Assembly (NCBI RefSeq): GCF_022539665.2
Contig: NC_081332.1
Span: 5,146,001 to 5,210,000, forward strand
Reading direction: 5' to 3'
DNA length: 64,000 bases
From: Daphnia carinata
Lineage: Eukaryota
Part shown: positions 1 to 12,700 of the stretch, one piece after another
Layout of the letters: every line of letters begins with the position of its first letter
Position numbering within the stretch: the first letter of the stretch is position 1
Program-made: the position numbers and the translations under genes
The notes under the pieces: generated by a model
The model's database searches: none
What the model was told of the DNA's origin: nothing
Seen by the model: only the letters and a program-made list of their open reading frames with translations

Positions 1-1178
1 AATTACCTTTGGATATGGCAGAGTGATTAGAAATCAGTATCATCATTATCATAAAGTACTAGAAATATGTTTGCTATAATTGTTTTGTTTTTCTTTTCTT
101 TAAAGTTCACTCATTTTGTCTTGCTATTTTTGGTGCAATTTAAGACACATGGAAAGATCTTGCTCTTTCCGTTTGTTCTAGGGAGAGAATGCTCCGGAAG
201 AATTATTGAAATAGGAACAAAAGTGCAGCATTTGGATGTTGGGGACGAAGTTTACGCCGCAGTACCTTATTACGCCTGCGGAACAGCTTCCGAATGCGTT
301 CTTATACCTGCTCAATGGGTGGCCAAAAAACCAAGAAAGTTGTCTTATGAAGCAGCCGCCTCTTTGCCGTATTCAGCATCAGTGGTTTGGAATGCGCTCG
401 TCCATCAGGCTTCTTTCAATGAACTCACTACTCCGGGAAAACGGTAATGAATGTTTGATTCCAACAACCCTCATAAAGGAAAGGTCTCACAATCCTGTTT
501 GCACAAAAATAGGGTACTGATTCACAGCGTTGACAATCCAGTAGGGTGTATCGCCGCACAGCTGGTAAAAGCCTGGGGCGGTCATGTAACTGCCACTGTG
601 AGCTCACGAGGAATGATTACGGCCCAACAACTGGGTATAGATGATTTGATTCTTCATGATGGCCAGCATGTAGATTTCGACACACTGCTGTTGTCTTGCT
701 CAAAGTTTGATCTTGTGCTCAATACCGTTGGCTCGATTTTGCACGATTCGTGCCGTTCGCTCTGCCGTGATGGAGGGCTTGTAGTATCAACAGTCGCCTC
801 TCCGCCTGCATCTGACAAGTATGGTTTGATTTACGGATCCTTGTACTCCGTGTGGCTCCGAATACGACTTAAATTTCTCAAGGTTAGTCCGCCTTCCAAA
901 AAGTTATCCCATTCCACATTAGACATTTCTTAGTTAATCTGTTTTTAAATATGCAGGATTCTATCTGTGGCTCTACAGTAATATCCAAGTCTATTTTGGA
1001 AGAAATCTCAAATCTAGTCAACAAGGGCCAACTGCAACCAGTCATCGAGCGTGTGTTCGAAATTGACCAGGCTGAACAAGCTGGCCAATATGCTGCCAAG
1101 GGTGACCATATTGGAAAAATCATAATACGATTCAGGTATTGGGATAAAAAGAATTACTTTTTTTTTCAAGATGTGTAA
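1..1178 (+). CDS. RTN4IP1: Reticulon-4-interacting protein 1-like NADPH oxidoreductase (MDR family), 5'-truncated by window
   Basis: Spliced exons give FGYG..., FPFVLGRECSG, KPRKLSYEAAASLPY, QLVKAWGGHVTAT and a C-terminal GDHIGKIII; GT-AG introns. Confidence 0.8.
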
Positions 1179-1245
1179 TCGGATTGGAGGAGCAACATAA
1201 GTGCAAACTTCCCTTGTCTGTAAAAATAAGTTTGCGGTACACATT

Positions 1246-2602
1246 TTATTCCTCCTCTTCTGCTTCGCCTTCCTCTCCGCCTTCTTCCCCACTCCCAGCT
1301 TCGTTTGCTCCAGCTCCCTCGGCTTCCATATCAGATTGATCATCGTCACCTGTTGAGAAAAGAAAGCAAACCAGATTAATTCCAATGGCAATTGAAAATA
1401 CCGCTTCCACGTTATTACCTGCAATTTCAGCATTTTCCAACTCAGCTTTCTCCATTTGACGCGCCAACTCAGCCTCATCCATCGCAGTAACAACTTTGGG
1501 CTGGAGGGAGGAAAACAAGCATTAGACCTCTGATTATACTATTTGTACAGACAAACTTACAGCCATTTGTATATTGAAAACGCCTCCAAGACTGACAATC
1601 AGCTCTTTCACTTTTTCGATGGCTGCTTCTAGACCCTTGAGTCCATCTTGACGTTCGGGCGTCTGTGTCGTCATGACGTAAAGTGGAGGTGCAATCAAGT
1701 TAATTTTGATAGGGATCTCTTCGGTAGAGCAGGCGATACCAGCCTTTAAGGCTTTTTTCACGGCACCAATTCCCTCGTAGCCATAGCAGGCTACCTCGAT
1801 GTCGGCGCGGATTTTCACGGCCTGTTGAGTCAGCTTCCGCCTAATAATACCCAAAAGCGTCTCTTTGGTGTTGTCGTCCAGACCGCATTCGTCGAGAAGA
1901 GAAGGATCACTAAATTCAAAATAAATTAATGTTACGATCTGAAATTTTTAGAAATCGGCCCTTAAACCGCATGGAAGGACTTGCATAGGAGCAGCACAGG
2001 AACAAATTGTGCCAAACTTTAACATGTAGTAATTTAACAACTGGTGGTGAATACAAGAAAAATTTTGACTCTTACTTGACAGCTTGCTTGAAAACATCAT
2101 AAGAGGATGATTGCTTCTTGGACTTCTCCTCAAAAAGCCATGCTGTTTTTCTGTAAAGGTCTTCCAATTCCTCATCAGTCTGGTACTTCAAAAGTTCAGC
2201 CACATGTCGCAATATAGAGTTTACAGCCTTGGCTTTTGAATACTTTTCCAAGCACTTGTCTACATCCTCAGGGCTTACTCGTCTTTTTGACAGATCTATG
2301 TAACCTTAACCAAAAATGAAAACTTCTTTACTTAGAGAAAAAAAAAAATTTTAATAGAACAAACCTTTCTCCTTGTCCACCCTGATAACTACAACTGGTT
2401 CTGTTTTGCCAACTCTGATTAGCTTATTAATGGAGCGAATACGTCTTCGGGACAACTCAGAGAGCAAGATCATGCCCTCAATATTGTTGTACTCTAACAA
2501 GTGCACATAAGCTCCCATTTCAGCTATGGATCTCACATTCACCATAACTACATCGTCAACTTCTGGATACTTTTGACCGTAGTACCGACAAAATAAGGGC
2601 AT
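1246..2602 (-). CDS. EIF2S1: Eukaryotic translation initiation factor 2 subunit alpha
   Basis: [23 protein letters not shown]...[18 protein letters not shown] (Ser51 loop), [16 protein letters not shown], acidic C-terminus; multi-exon. Confidence 0.97.
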
Positions 2603-3409
2603 TTTTACGATGGCAGCCTGGATGTTGGAAGTGAGACACATGCATCAGAATTATACATTTCATTTTTGCCTTTACTAAAAAAATTTTGGCTTTAAATAAG
2701 AAATACATAATGGAAAAATTACCTAACGATTTCGGGCGAATGAAAAGTAGAAGGAAATTATCCAAATAAAACGTAAAGCCGGCGCAGCGTTTCTTACGTC
2801 AGCAACCTGAATTTTGGTTCACTGGTAAGCAGACTACGCTTAATAGTAAAAGGCATGTGGAGCGACGTTGTCAAAATGCGAAGCAAATTGGCAGCAATTT
2901 TTACATTTTCGAATACAATCCTTCGTTTCTTTCAATATTGAGGGACTGATAATTCTTGGGTATTTAATACACTATGTGTCAGGGATTTCTAAACGATCAA
3001 GATCGGAAAAAAATTATCAAAAACCTTACCATGATTTCCGAAATTCATCTTTTAAAATCAATTGGCTTCAGAAAGACGTCAATTTGTATTAATGAGCACG
3101 ACAAAATTTTTGATAAGATTACGCACTGGGTAGCATTGTAAAAAATATTTTCAAAAGATGTGACTATACGGCCATCTTTACCTAGTCAGTCATCTACCTT
3201 ATCTATATTTCCTACTTTTCCATGGGAAGCAATCATAAACCTTACTATCATGTATGACGTACGTAAACACTCAGATTAAAACGAACATCAGTCGTCTGTT
3301 TGGCATTAATTCAGTGATTTTTTTAGCTACGTTTCGTTGTCCACGATTGGCTAAGTTTACGTGCAAGTTGAAAATTCTTTCAAGTCCGTGAAGTCATTCA
3401 TTTCGAAAA

Positions 3410-4365
3410 ATGATACGGTTCGATAGCAACGATGCATCCCCGGACGAAGTCATCGATATCTACTTTAACGACACTCGCGTCAAAAGAATGCTAAAATCGA
3501 TGTACAAAATCAACAGTGCAATTGCCCTCCCTTCGTTGGTTCTCCTCATACCGGCAAGTTCTCACATATTGTACGTTAATTAAGAAAAAAAGTAACTGAT
3601 TCCAAACATGAAAATTTTTGTAACCTAAGATATTGGCCAGCTTCATGGACCCTAGCAGGGACTATATTTTGTTGCTCTGCCTTGGTTTGTTGCCGAGTAT
3701 CTGCATCTGTCAGTCGTCGTCATTAATTGCCCGATCTGCGAAAAGGAACCGAAGCGTGAAATTGTAATGGTTAACTATCGTAAGAGTGAAATCAGACTCT
3801 ACGTTTGCGTATTTGTGAATACTCAGGCTCAAGGCGTCGGCTATCCTTGCAGTATGTTATTGTATTTTTGGTATCTTGGGACTCATCTCGGTTGGATCAC
3901 TCCTTGTGTTCTCCAGCAAAGCGTGCGAAAGACCGACATGTGATTAATAACTAAATTAATAAAACCTACCACTGTCAAACGATTTTTCTTTTTCAATGGA
4001 CGTTTCAGGTGTTAGTGACGCAATTTGCTCGGCTGTGCTCTGTTTGATCACCATTATCGGAGTAGTCTACAACATTATTCATGCCAAACTGCTCATTCCC
4101 GCCATTTGGCACAATGAAGCCCTCGAAGAACGAGCAGTACGATCACCGCAAATATCGATACAATAGTAAAAGAACATCGTGGCTACTAACGATAATCGAT
4201 TTCTTGATCCACGTGTTTTAGAATTCTCTTAGCCTTGACGAAGTTCCTGAGGAAGGACCGATCTCAACAATCAGTGAAATGGCGGAGGGAAGAGAATCTC
4301 CTTTAACTAGTGAACTTGGATTCTCCTACTTGCGGATGGAGAACCCCGTGGAAGTTTTCCCATGA
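3410..4365 (+). CDS. Uncharacterised small four-transmembrane protein (5 exons; absent from ORF track)
   Basis: Manual splicing gives one continuous frame MIRFDSND...SLVLLIP | ILASFMD...LLCLGLLP | LKASAILAVCYCIFGILGLISVG | CVSDAICSAVLCLITIIGVVY | NSLSLDE...VEVFP*; needs a GC donor at 3554. Confidence 0.7.
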
Positions 4366-5486
4366 TACCTGCTATTCCTCTATAAAAATCAAACGTAAAA
4401 TTTCTTAATCACGTCTTTTCCTCATTTAAGGGTAAATGTATGTAGCTTATTGAAAGTTTTATAATCGTTGTAAAGTTCTACATGTCATTTTGAACAGTGT
4501 AAATTCAGAAATAGAGTTATGCAGATAAGAGATGTTTGCATTGTTGCCGAAATAGTCTGTGAGCGCTTATTCTATTCAGCCTACTCTTTTTAATGCAGAT
4601 GCAAATCCCGGACGAGGAGCCAAAGTCAAATCAGGAATCAGTTCCATGGAACTGAGGAGATGAGAGATGAGGGTACCCAGTCTCAGGATTCTCTGAAGCG
4701 TTGACTCTCTGAATGTCTGGCCGAGAAAATTCGCATGACTGACAAGATGATAATCGTCTTGAGATAAATACCTTCTCCTATCTGCTGCATTAAACAGTCT
4801 ACCCCGGCGCGTTTGATTAGTATTTTTTTTTTGTTTTCTTACAATTAAATTAAAATTTAATTGAATTGATAAGGATACTGAGAGTTAGATACTTTAGACT
4901 GTCTCTCATAACCCGTAATGTTGCATGGCAATTGTATTGAGTGAATTGAAAATAATTTCCTTCGCACCTGCCACAAAAAAAAATTTTTTATTATAATTTT
5001 GAAAACTATCGATTTTCAAAGTTTTCAAGAAATGTGGGGAATGTGTCCCAAACGTCGTTTTTAAGTTTATTTGCTGGCAGCAGCAAGGATGATGTACATC
5101 AGCGATCACGGGAACAATTAGGCCAAGTCATTCTCAATACTTGGCGTCAGACAAGAACGGAGTAGTCAACAATAAATATTTATAGCTCGCCAACAAACAA
5201 CCAACGTCGCCATTTTTTCTTCTAGAAGTCAAAAATCAAAAACGTGTGTCTAGCTTTTCCAAGACGATACAACCGACGCAACCAATTCCATTCAGCGTCA
5301 TCAGTGCGTCTAACTGATTAATATCACTTGACAAATTAAACTTCCGCACATCAGGCGGGGTAAAAAATAGCAATTTCATTCCAAATTACTGATATTTTCT
5401 GGCTAATAAATATCTGTTTAGTTAAACATGATTCAGTTAAAATGAAGATGAACATTTTCCGTTGGTGATTGCTTAGTGTGATCGAC

Positions 5487-7514
5487 TTAGTACTCATCGT
5501 CAGTCATCATAGTCCCGTCGTCCTTCATAATGTTGAGGCTTTTCCGTTTGCGAGAGCAGACAAGGAAAGTAAGGCCGGCTATGCCGTACTGGACGCAAAC
5601 ATACCATGCTAGGTAATATGAGAATCCGTGGTACCAAACCGTTCCAACGGGGAAAACGCTGAGCAAATGGGCCCTCGAAAAGTCGGCTCCGTTTGAAACA
5701 ACTTCAATTAGAACGAATGTCGTTGCCGCTATAAAAATAATAATGAAATTTGGTTTAAAGCCAGTTCCAGTACGGTTCCAACTAATTAATAGAAATAGAA
5801 CCTGTGATCAAATGCATGCAGCCAGCCAATCGTTTGAAGGTATAGCGCGAATTCCGAAACGTGTACATGGAAAACGAGATGGACATGATGTGACATAAAA
5901 GAGAGAGTCCCGCCAGGGCTACGATGGTCCGTCGGTAATCTACATGATAATCAAAATTCCGTAGGAGGGTATTAAACATGCCAGAATAGAAAAAAATGTG
6001 GAGCGCACTCCCGACGTTTCCAAGAATGCGAATTAAGAAATGGTTACAGAAATACCGACGATTGTTCTTGCAATGGAAGGTTTAGCTTTGAGTTCGTGGT
6101 CGTCCTGTTCCAGACTATGATACGAGCAGCCATCTATAAAAAAGAAACACATCGTTCATAATAGCAACTATATAGGTAGGTAGGTGTAGAAGTCTGGCAC
6201 GCTGCCGCATCGTGCAATCTCGATCTTATATACTGCGCTATACGTTTTGCGTGCAGAATTGACATGCCGGAACGCTGGAATGAGTACAACTGGGGCATAT
6301 CGAACGAGTTTCCCATGGCTTATGCTAATTCTTTTCGTAATAAGGTGACCTACTCCCCCACCCTGTTAAAAAGGAAAACGTAAGGCGTCAGCCAAACGTA
6401 ACATCGTTTGAGACTCATTTGAAGTCAAAATGTTTGACAAGTCACTCAACGGTAATTTCAGGTTCGGCTAAAATTTACTAGTTCCACGGTATGTCAAAAT
6501 TGTCTTTACGTGCAGTAAATCTAAACGAGGTAAGCCAACTTGTGTTTGCTTGTACAAACACCAGGCATGGACAGTGCGGAACGCAAACATTGGGCTGGAG
6601 AAAAACAGATGGACTCCTCTCATTCTTTTATAAATAGAAAAGAACTAGGGGATGGTGGGGGTCTTGGTATACCGGAAGGAGTAGACAGTGTCACACGTCA
6701 ACAATAATAAGTCTTTCTGGTTCTTTATCTTTTTCCTCCCCTTCTGGCTGTCTATGTCGGAGAAATTGTTACACAATAGATAGGTAGTTTCGATGTCCCA
6801 ACCCTAAAGTCTCAACGTCGATGGCTCAGCTAGTTAAGCAATGACTCATTGAGTCTACAAACTCCTGGCTCTCATTCCTTACTCCCGTCTGTCGATTGAA
6901 GTTTTGTTGTCTTTACTTGGCTTCGTTGGCAGGGGTTTATTTAGACATACTTGGTCTCTGTGGAGAACACAAGACGTACTAGAGTGCCTATTGTTTGAAA
7001 TCATTTTTCTCTACATGCCTTCCGATGATTGGACTTACCGGTATGTACGATGCTGCTGGACTCGTTAATCTTTTGTCGATTTGTGATGCATCCACGCCAC
7101 ACACCCAAATGACTCTTGAGGACAGCTGTTGAGTCATTACTGTTCTTCGGCACCGTATCTACAATAATCCAGAAATCCGTGGACAGCGAGACGATCCACA
7201 GCTGCAAGAAATTCATGGATAGTTAACATTTTTCCGTAACATTGCGGTGACGACTGAAAAAACACTAAACAAATATAATAAAGATAACTCACAACTGAGG
7301 CGAGGAAGCAGAGGAAAGTGATGAAAATAAGGATCCGTCGATCGCGCATCAGTAGAGCATGTCGTTTAGATATTGCTGCATTTTCAGTATCCGTGTTTCG
7401 TCTTCGAGGGACAAGTTTAGGATTCTGTTTTGGTTGTCCATGATGATGCTGTTGTTGTCCATGATGATGTTGCTGTTGCTTATGCTTGGGAGTGGTCTCG
7501 CCAACATGCGGCAT
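5487..7514 (-). CDS. Claudin/PMP22-superfamily tetraspan membrane protein
   Basis: TM1 followed by STDFW...HLGVWRGC (claudin W-GLW-C-like motif), TM segments RLAGCMHLIT and HGFSYYLAW; Q/H-rich N-terminus. Confidence 0.8.
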
Positions 7515-7900
7515 AGCTTTTATTCCTTCTAAACGGTCTAGATAAAAAAAGGGACAAGAGAAAACCAACCGAAAGACTGAAAAAAATAACACAACCGGAG
7601 GCGAGAACGTGCCAGATACAACTGAGCCTTCAGCGTATTTGACTTCACCTCGCTCAGGAGCTAATAAAAGATCTTTCGGGTGATGCGACTAGCGCCTAGC
7701 CAACTGCCAACCAACGAAGCATACCAGGCAGGGCGACAAGACAAACGGGCATAGAGTCAGTTTACAGCAACCCCATCCGACTTTATATTTCCTAAATATT
7801 GATTTAACTGCTTGGAACAAAATGAAATTGTTGCACGAAATCAATGGCTAAATGGCAGTAAAAAGAAAAAAGGTACAATTTTGTTAGTTCCAAAATAAAG

Positions 7901-9755
7901 TTACTCTACTTTGTTAGGTTTTTGAGGACGGATCCATAAGCACGCGATGTAAGACAGGGGGATGATTAAGTGTCCAATAAAGAAAATCGATTTCCAATAA
8001 GCAAATGTCGTGTCCATGGATAGCAAAGAGAACGCCATCCCCTAAGTGGATCAATCAGTCAAATTATTATGTATATGTTTATCAGCCTAGCTGTGTCAGA
8101 CATACCATGTAGGAGAACCATTGGTTCTTCATGAATCCCGCCATAAAGTTGTAGATTTTTGGGTTATTCTGGCAATAAACAAGATAGAGCAACTGACAAT
8201 CAATTCGAAAATCCAATGTGGGCAATCTTACCATTAGCGGACGAAGCTTTCGTTTGACAGCATCTTCGGCCACCAAGATGAAAGGCACCGTTAGCATGGA
8301 CAGGTAATAGCCAGAATGAACGCCGTGCCAAAACGCGGACATCAACATGGTGGCAACGGTTCTTAAAGGCTTAAATGGAAAACGGCGATGGACATTGACA
8401 GCTAGCCACCATTGCACAGTCATGTTCCAAGCTTTCATGCTTCCTCTAACATCGGCCGTTTCGGCTGTATACTCATCAATGTTATGAACGGTTTCGAAGC
8501 TGTAGGTTATCGAAGATCGTTCCTTGTTACTCCTGTTTAAAACCGTGATAAATGAAAAAAGAACACAAGCAAGAGGCATTGGAGTTACAGATGCTGTAAA
8601 GCGGTTGGACCATTTCCGGGCTTCGGTTGCGATTCGACTGGATAAGCTCCCAATCCTGCCGTAATACATGCAGCCTCAGAGAGAATGAATCCCGAATAGA
8701 ATCGCATTCGGAAGGTGAAAAAAAGAGGTGTCATATACCAGACGCGAAAGAGGAAAGATCGTTCCTCAAATATCTCTGCAGATGTTGCGTACTACAACAC
8801 AATATAAAAACGTGATTGTTATTCAAACTATATAAAAAAAAACGAATGATTATCTACCGAAAGCGGAAAGTAGTAGTTTGAAATGAGAAAAAGCACAACG
8901 TAGATTGGTACGTATTGAACTCGTTTGCGAGCATAATTCAAGAACGAGATTTGACTATCATTTGCATGAAGCATATCCCTGTATGTTCTATACTTGTAGT
9001 ATGGACCTAAAGATGTAAGCCTAAATTTTAGCTTCTGCAAGAAGAATGCCAAGACAAAGACAGCTATTACCAGTCAGAACTCCAATATAACAGAATGCAT
9101 AGTTGAGAACATCAGCAACGTTTGGTGACACCCCCTGATATTCACATGCTAGCTCAAGTTGCTTTAAATCTTTGTAACCATCTTGTTTCTTGCTATCTAT
9201 ATTTGCTTCTTCCAACTGTTTTCGGTGCTTTGCTGTTTCATGCACCTCCAATGCCAGGCCAACCATCTGTTGACAGTAATTAGAATAAATTAGGTGTTAA
9301 TGTGGTTAGAAAAAAACATTTTATAAAAATGGTTGTAGCAACTAGGCCTACTCTAAGAGTGAGGAGCATCTGGATTGCATTTGTGTGGCTAGGTACTTGT
9401 GGAAAGCCAAAAACAGTGGTGAATCGGAAAAAGAGAAGGTATGCAAAAGAAAAGCCAAAACTGAGTCCATGACAGTATCTGTGGTGGAATTCAAATAAGC
9501 TATAATTTTTCTTATATGGGGGTAAAAAAATCAAAATTATTACTTTGGTGAAACGAAACAAATAATAAAGGCATTAACAGTTGCTGTCAGAACACAGTGC
9601 AAGCTGTGAAAACCTGAAACAATAAATACGATTGCAAAGCCAATAATACTTGCGACATTTTGTTTCAGTTTTGCATTGTCGAAACGGCGAATAACTTCAC
9701 CAAGACCAATCGTGCTCAGTAGTAGCAATAAATAAATAACATCATCCCAAATCAT
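7901..9755 (-). CDS. MBOAT7: Lysophospholipid acyltransferase 7 (MBOAT7/LPIAT1-like)
   Basis: MBOAT motifs WNMTVQWWL and SAFWHGVHSGYYLS, LTGPYYKYRTYRD, HTNAIQMLLTLR. Confidence 0.92.
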
Positions 9756-12700
9756 GATCGAAGCCGCGAAAACCCGGCAAAACTTTTCGGAAATAGGTTG
9801 CAGACGACTTGTGCAGCCCGACAGATGGCAGAATAGTCGATTAAAATTAAACGGTAGTAAACGATCATCTTCGATGAACAATTCCATCGAAGATGTTACC
9901 ATGTCAGTGGATGGTACGAAATTAACCGAGTTTCAGAGAAAATAGGGAATATAGACTCGCCTTTCAGGCTTAAATCTATGGCTTAGGAATTGACGAGAAG
10001 GCTCCATGTGTGGTGCGCCCGTTTGCAAAATGGCAACTATGTAGTTAAAAATTTTATTTAATTCTTCAATGCGTTTTTAGACGTTAAGAAACTTTGACAT
10101 GTGCTTACCTTCCCACCGTCGAGGAAGAAAACTTCATCACCTTCATTTCCATAAAGTTCAGGCCAATTCAACACAAGTTGACATATTTTCACTCCTCTCG
10201 CTTCATCAACAGCTAATAGCCAATCAATGCCGTTGCGACGTTTATGGACACGTTTGGCGCTTTTTTAATGCAATACAAAGGCACCTACTTGGTGGCGGGA
10301 AAAAGCCAACTTGCTTCATCCCCTGTACCACTTCAGTACTTGACTGTGCATGACAAAGTGAAGGCAGGTCTTTGTGACCGCATCGATTCTTACGTAACAT
10401 TCTCACCCAAAATTCAAGCCAAAGTGAAGAAGAATATCACCCATGCCAGCTATGGCTCCAGAGCGTTCGCCATGCTAATATTAAAAAAAAATCAACTCAT
10501 TCAGAGCTCCATCTTTGCTTAAACTGACAACTGATAATGGGCCTTTGTATTGACTCCACGACCTCCCACGTCCCTGCCTACGACGTTGAAAAGTGACTTT
10601 TACATGCATAAATTAAAGATGCCTTGTTTTTTCCCATGTTTTGAAGTAAGTTAGTTTGTATTTAAATTTTGATTAATGCCACTACGATTCTCGTTTTACC
10701 TCAATTTTAACAGTACCAATTTCTATACTCCCCACTGTGTCGCTCCGCCACACGTGGCTTGGCAAAAGAGTTCCACAAAATCAAGAGTTGAAATGAAAGT
10801 TCATCGTTCAACTTTCAACTCGTCGAACGGTTGCAATAAGGTAGGTCAGCTTTTCTTTTCTTAAGCTTTTTATTCCCACTCGTTTACTAGTCAAAACTTT
10901 CCTTTGTCAAAACTATTGCCGTGATTTATCGAGGTTTAATGGCGATGGTTAATCTAAGAACGATGTGTGTTGCAAGAAACTAGTTAGTTTAGGAAGTCAA
11001 CGTGTCTTCGAAAAACTGCTGGCCGAGTTGGTGATAAACTATGACCAACATTGATAAACGCACGCCAGGTCCGTTTACTTTTTCCTAACTTTGTTGCTAG
11101 GCCCAGTTTCTGATTCCCATCGTCATGCAGTTAGAAACGAAGTTGTTGCAAAATGTGATTCCGTTGTATGCTTTTAACGATCCCATTCACCATAATTCAT
11201 TAGCAAGACGATCGATCTGTACGGAACGTGACAAATTAGTAACTTAATCTATTTGCGTATTTCGCTTTACTTCCAATGCCACGCCATCACCCGTTCAAAG
11301 GCGTTACTTTTATTCCACTTAAATCTTCGTTTGATTTTAATGTTCCCCATGAATCGCAGTCAATTTATTTTTGTATCACATGAAAAAAAAAACTCTATAA
11401 GCTGCTTGACTTCCGGCGGAAACTGCGTTATTATCTTTTTTCCCCGTCTTCATTGCATTCGTTCACAGTTGATGCAGACAGATATACTTCTGCGTGTAGG
11501 TCACATGATTGTTGTATAATCTTAAATAAGTTGCTGTTTTAATTTCTACTGCCTTTATTGCTTAATCTACTTTTTGAATAAGCCATTAAAAAAATTCCGC
11601 CTTCATAGTTAAAGTGAGTAAAAAAATAATTAATTCTTCCACGTGGAAGTCGTCGTGTAACGGTCACGCGTGACCAGCAGAAATAAGTTTCGGAAATTTA
11701 ACGCGTTTTTGTAAATGAAGTTTGGGAGGGTTCAATTTCAGTACATTATTCTTGTTAAATTAAACTAAAAAATTTCGAAAGTCCTGATTATTGTTTAACA
11801 AGAACTCAATTTTGATCGACTTGTTGAACAATCAAAAGCTTCGAGGAAAAATAGGCTAGACATGTAGGAGAAAAAAAGGATGGCGATAGAAAGTGGTATA
11901 TCTCGTCGTCGTAAATGGACCGCAATGAAAGTGGCTAACTGATTTTCTCTGTTACTGACCGCGACATATCTGGGTTGATACACGTCTAACGTGTCTGCTG
12001 CACGACATTTTGCTAACATTCGAACTAAACAAATTTCTCTTGTAAAAAAAAAATAATGAAAGTCTTTCCTTGCTAAACGGGAGGAAGGGAACCTTTTGGT
12101 CATCTATGTAAATCTATAAAATAAAAGCGGGTTTTTATGACGCGTGCCGGTAGGTCAGTATAAAGAATCGATAGTGCAAAAGAGCGTGAAAGGGGAGGAA
12201 GAAAAAAACTCGTCGAAACAAGGAAAGTCGACCGATCCAATCATTTCCTCCTTTTCTTTTCCCATCATGTTCGATTTCTTTTTTTTCTACGGAAATTCCC
12301 TTTTTTTTCTTCTTATATTTATAAATATATATAGTTATTCCTTAAGATGCGCACGCCCTCTTTTTCTTCCCCTCTATAGAGACACCACCCAACGTTCTAT
12401 TGTAGACCAGAGGCAAAAAAAAAGAAAGGGTCTTTTTCGGGCCAGCTAGTCCGTTCCTACAGGAGCCGACCTAAAGTGACGGTTGCCGTTTAAGATTTCC
12501 CTCCCCCCCTTTCGTTCCATTATCAAAAACCGGGAATGGGGTTCACGACAGTCAACCCTCCTCCGCCCCTGCAGCGCACTGCCTACTCGAACACTTTTGA
12601 TTTATGGAATATCAAGTATATAGCCACGATGGGACTTGATAGTTACAACCACAAAAGAAATTTCATCATTGACTCGATGGATTTTTTAAAATATCCTTTT

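Noticed and set aside
1910..2075. Longer eIF2-alpha intron as snoRNA host
   Set aside because: Only short hairpins; no convincing C/D or H/ACA box arrangement
10099..10522. Two overlapping short ORFs (84 and 92 aa)
   Set aside because: No recognisable motif or consistent splice structure
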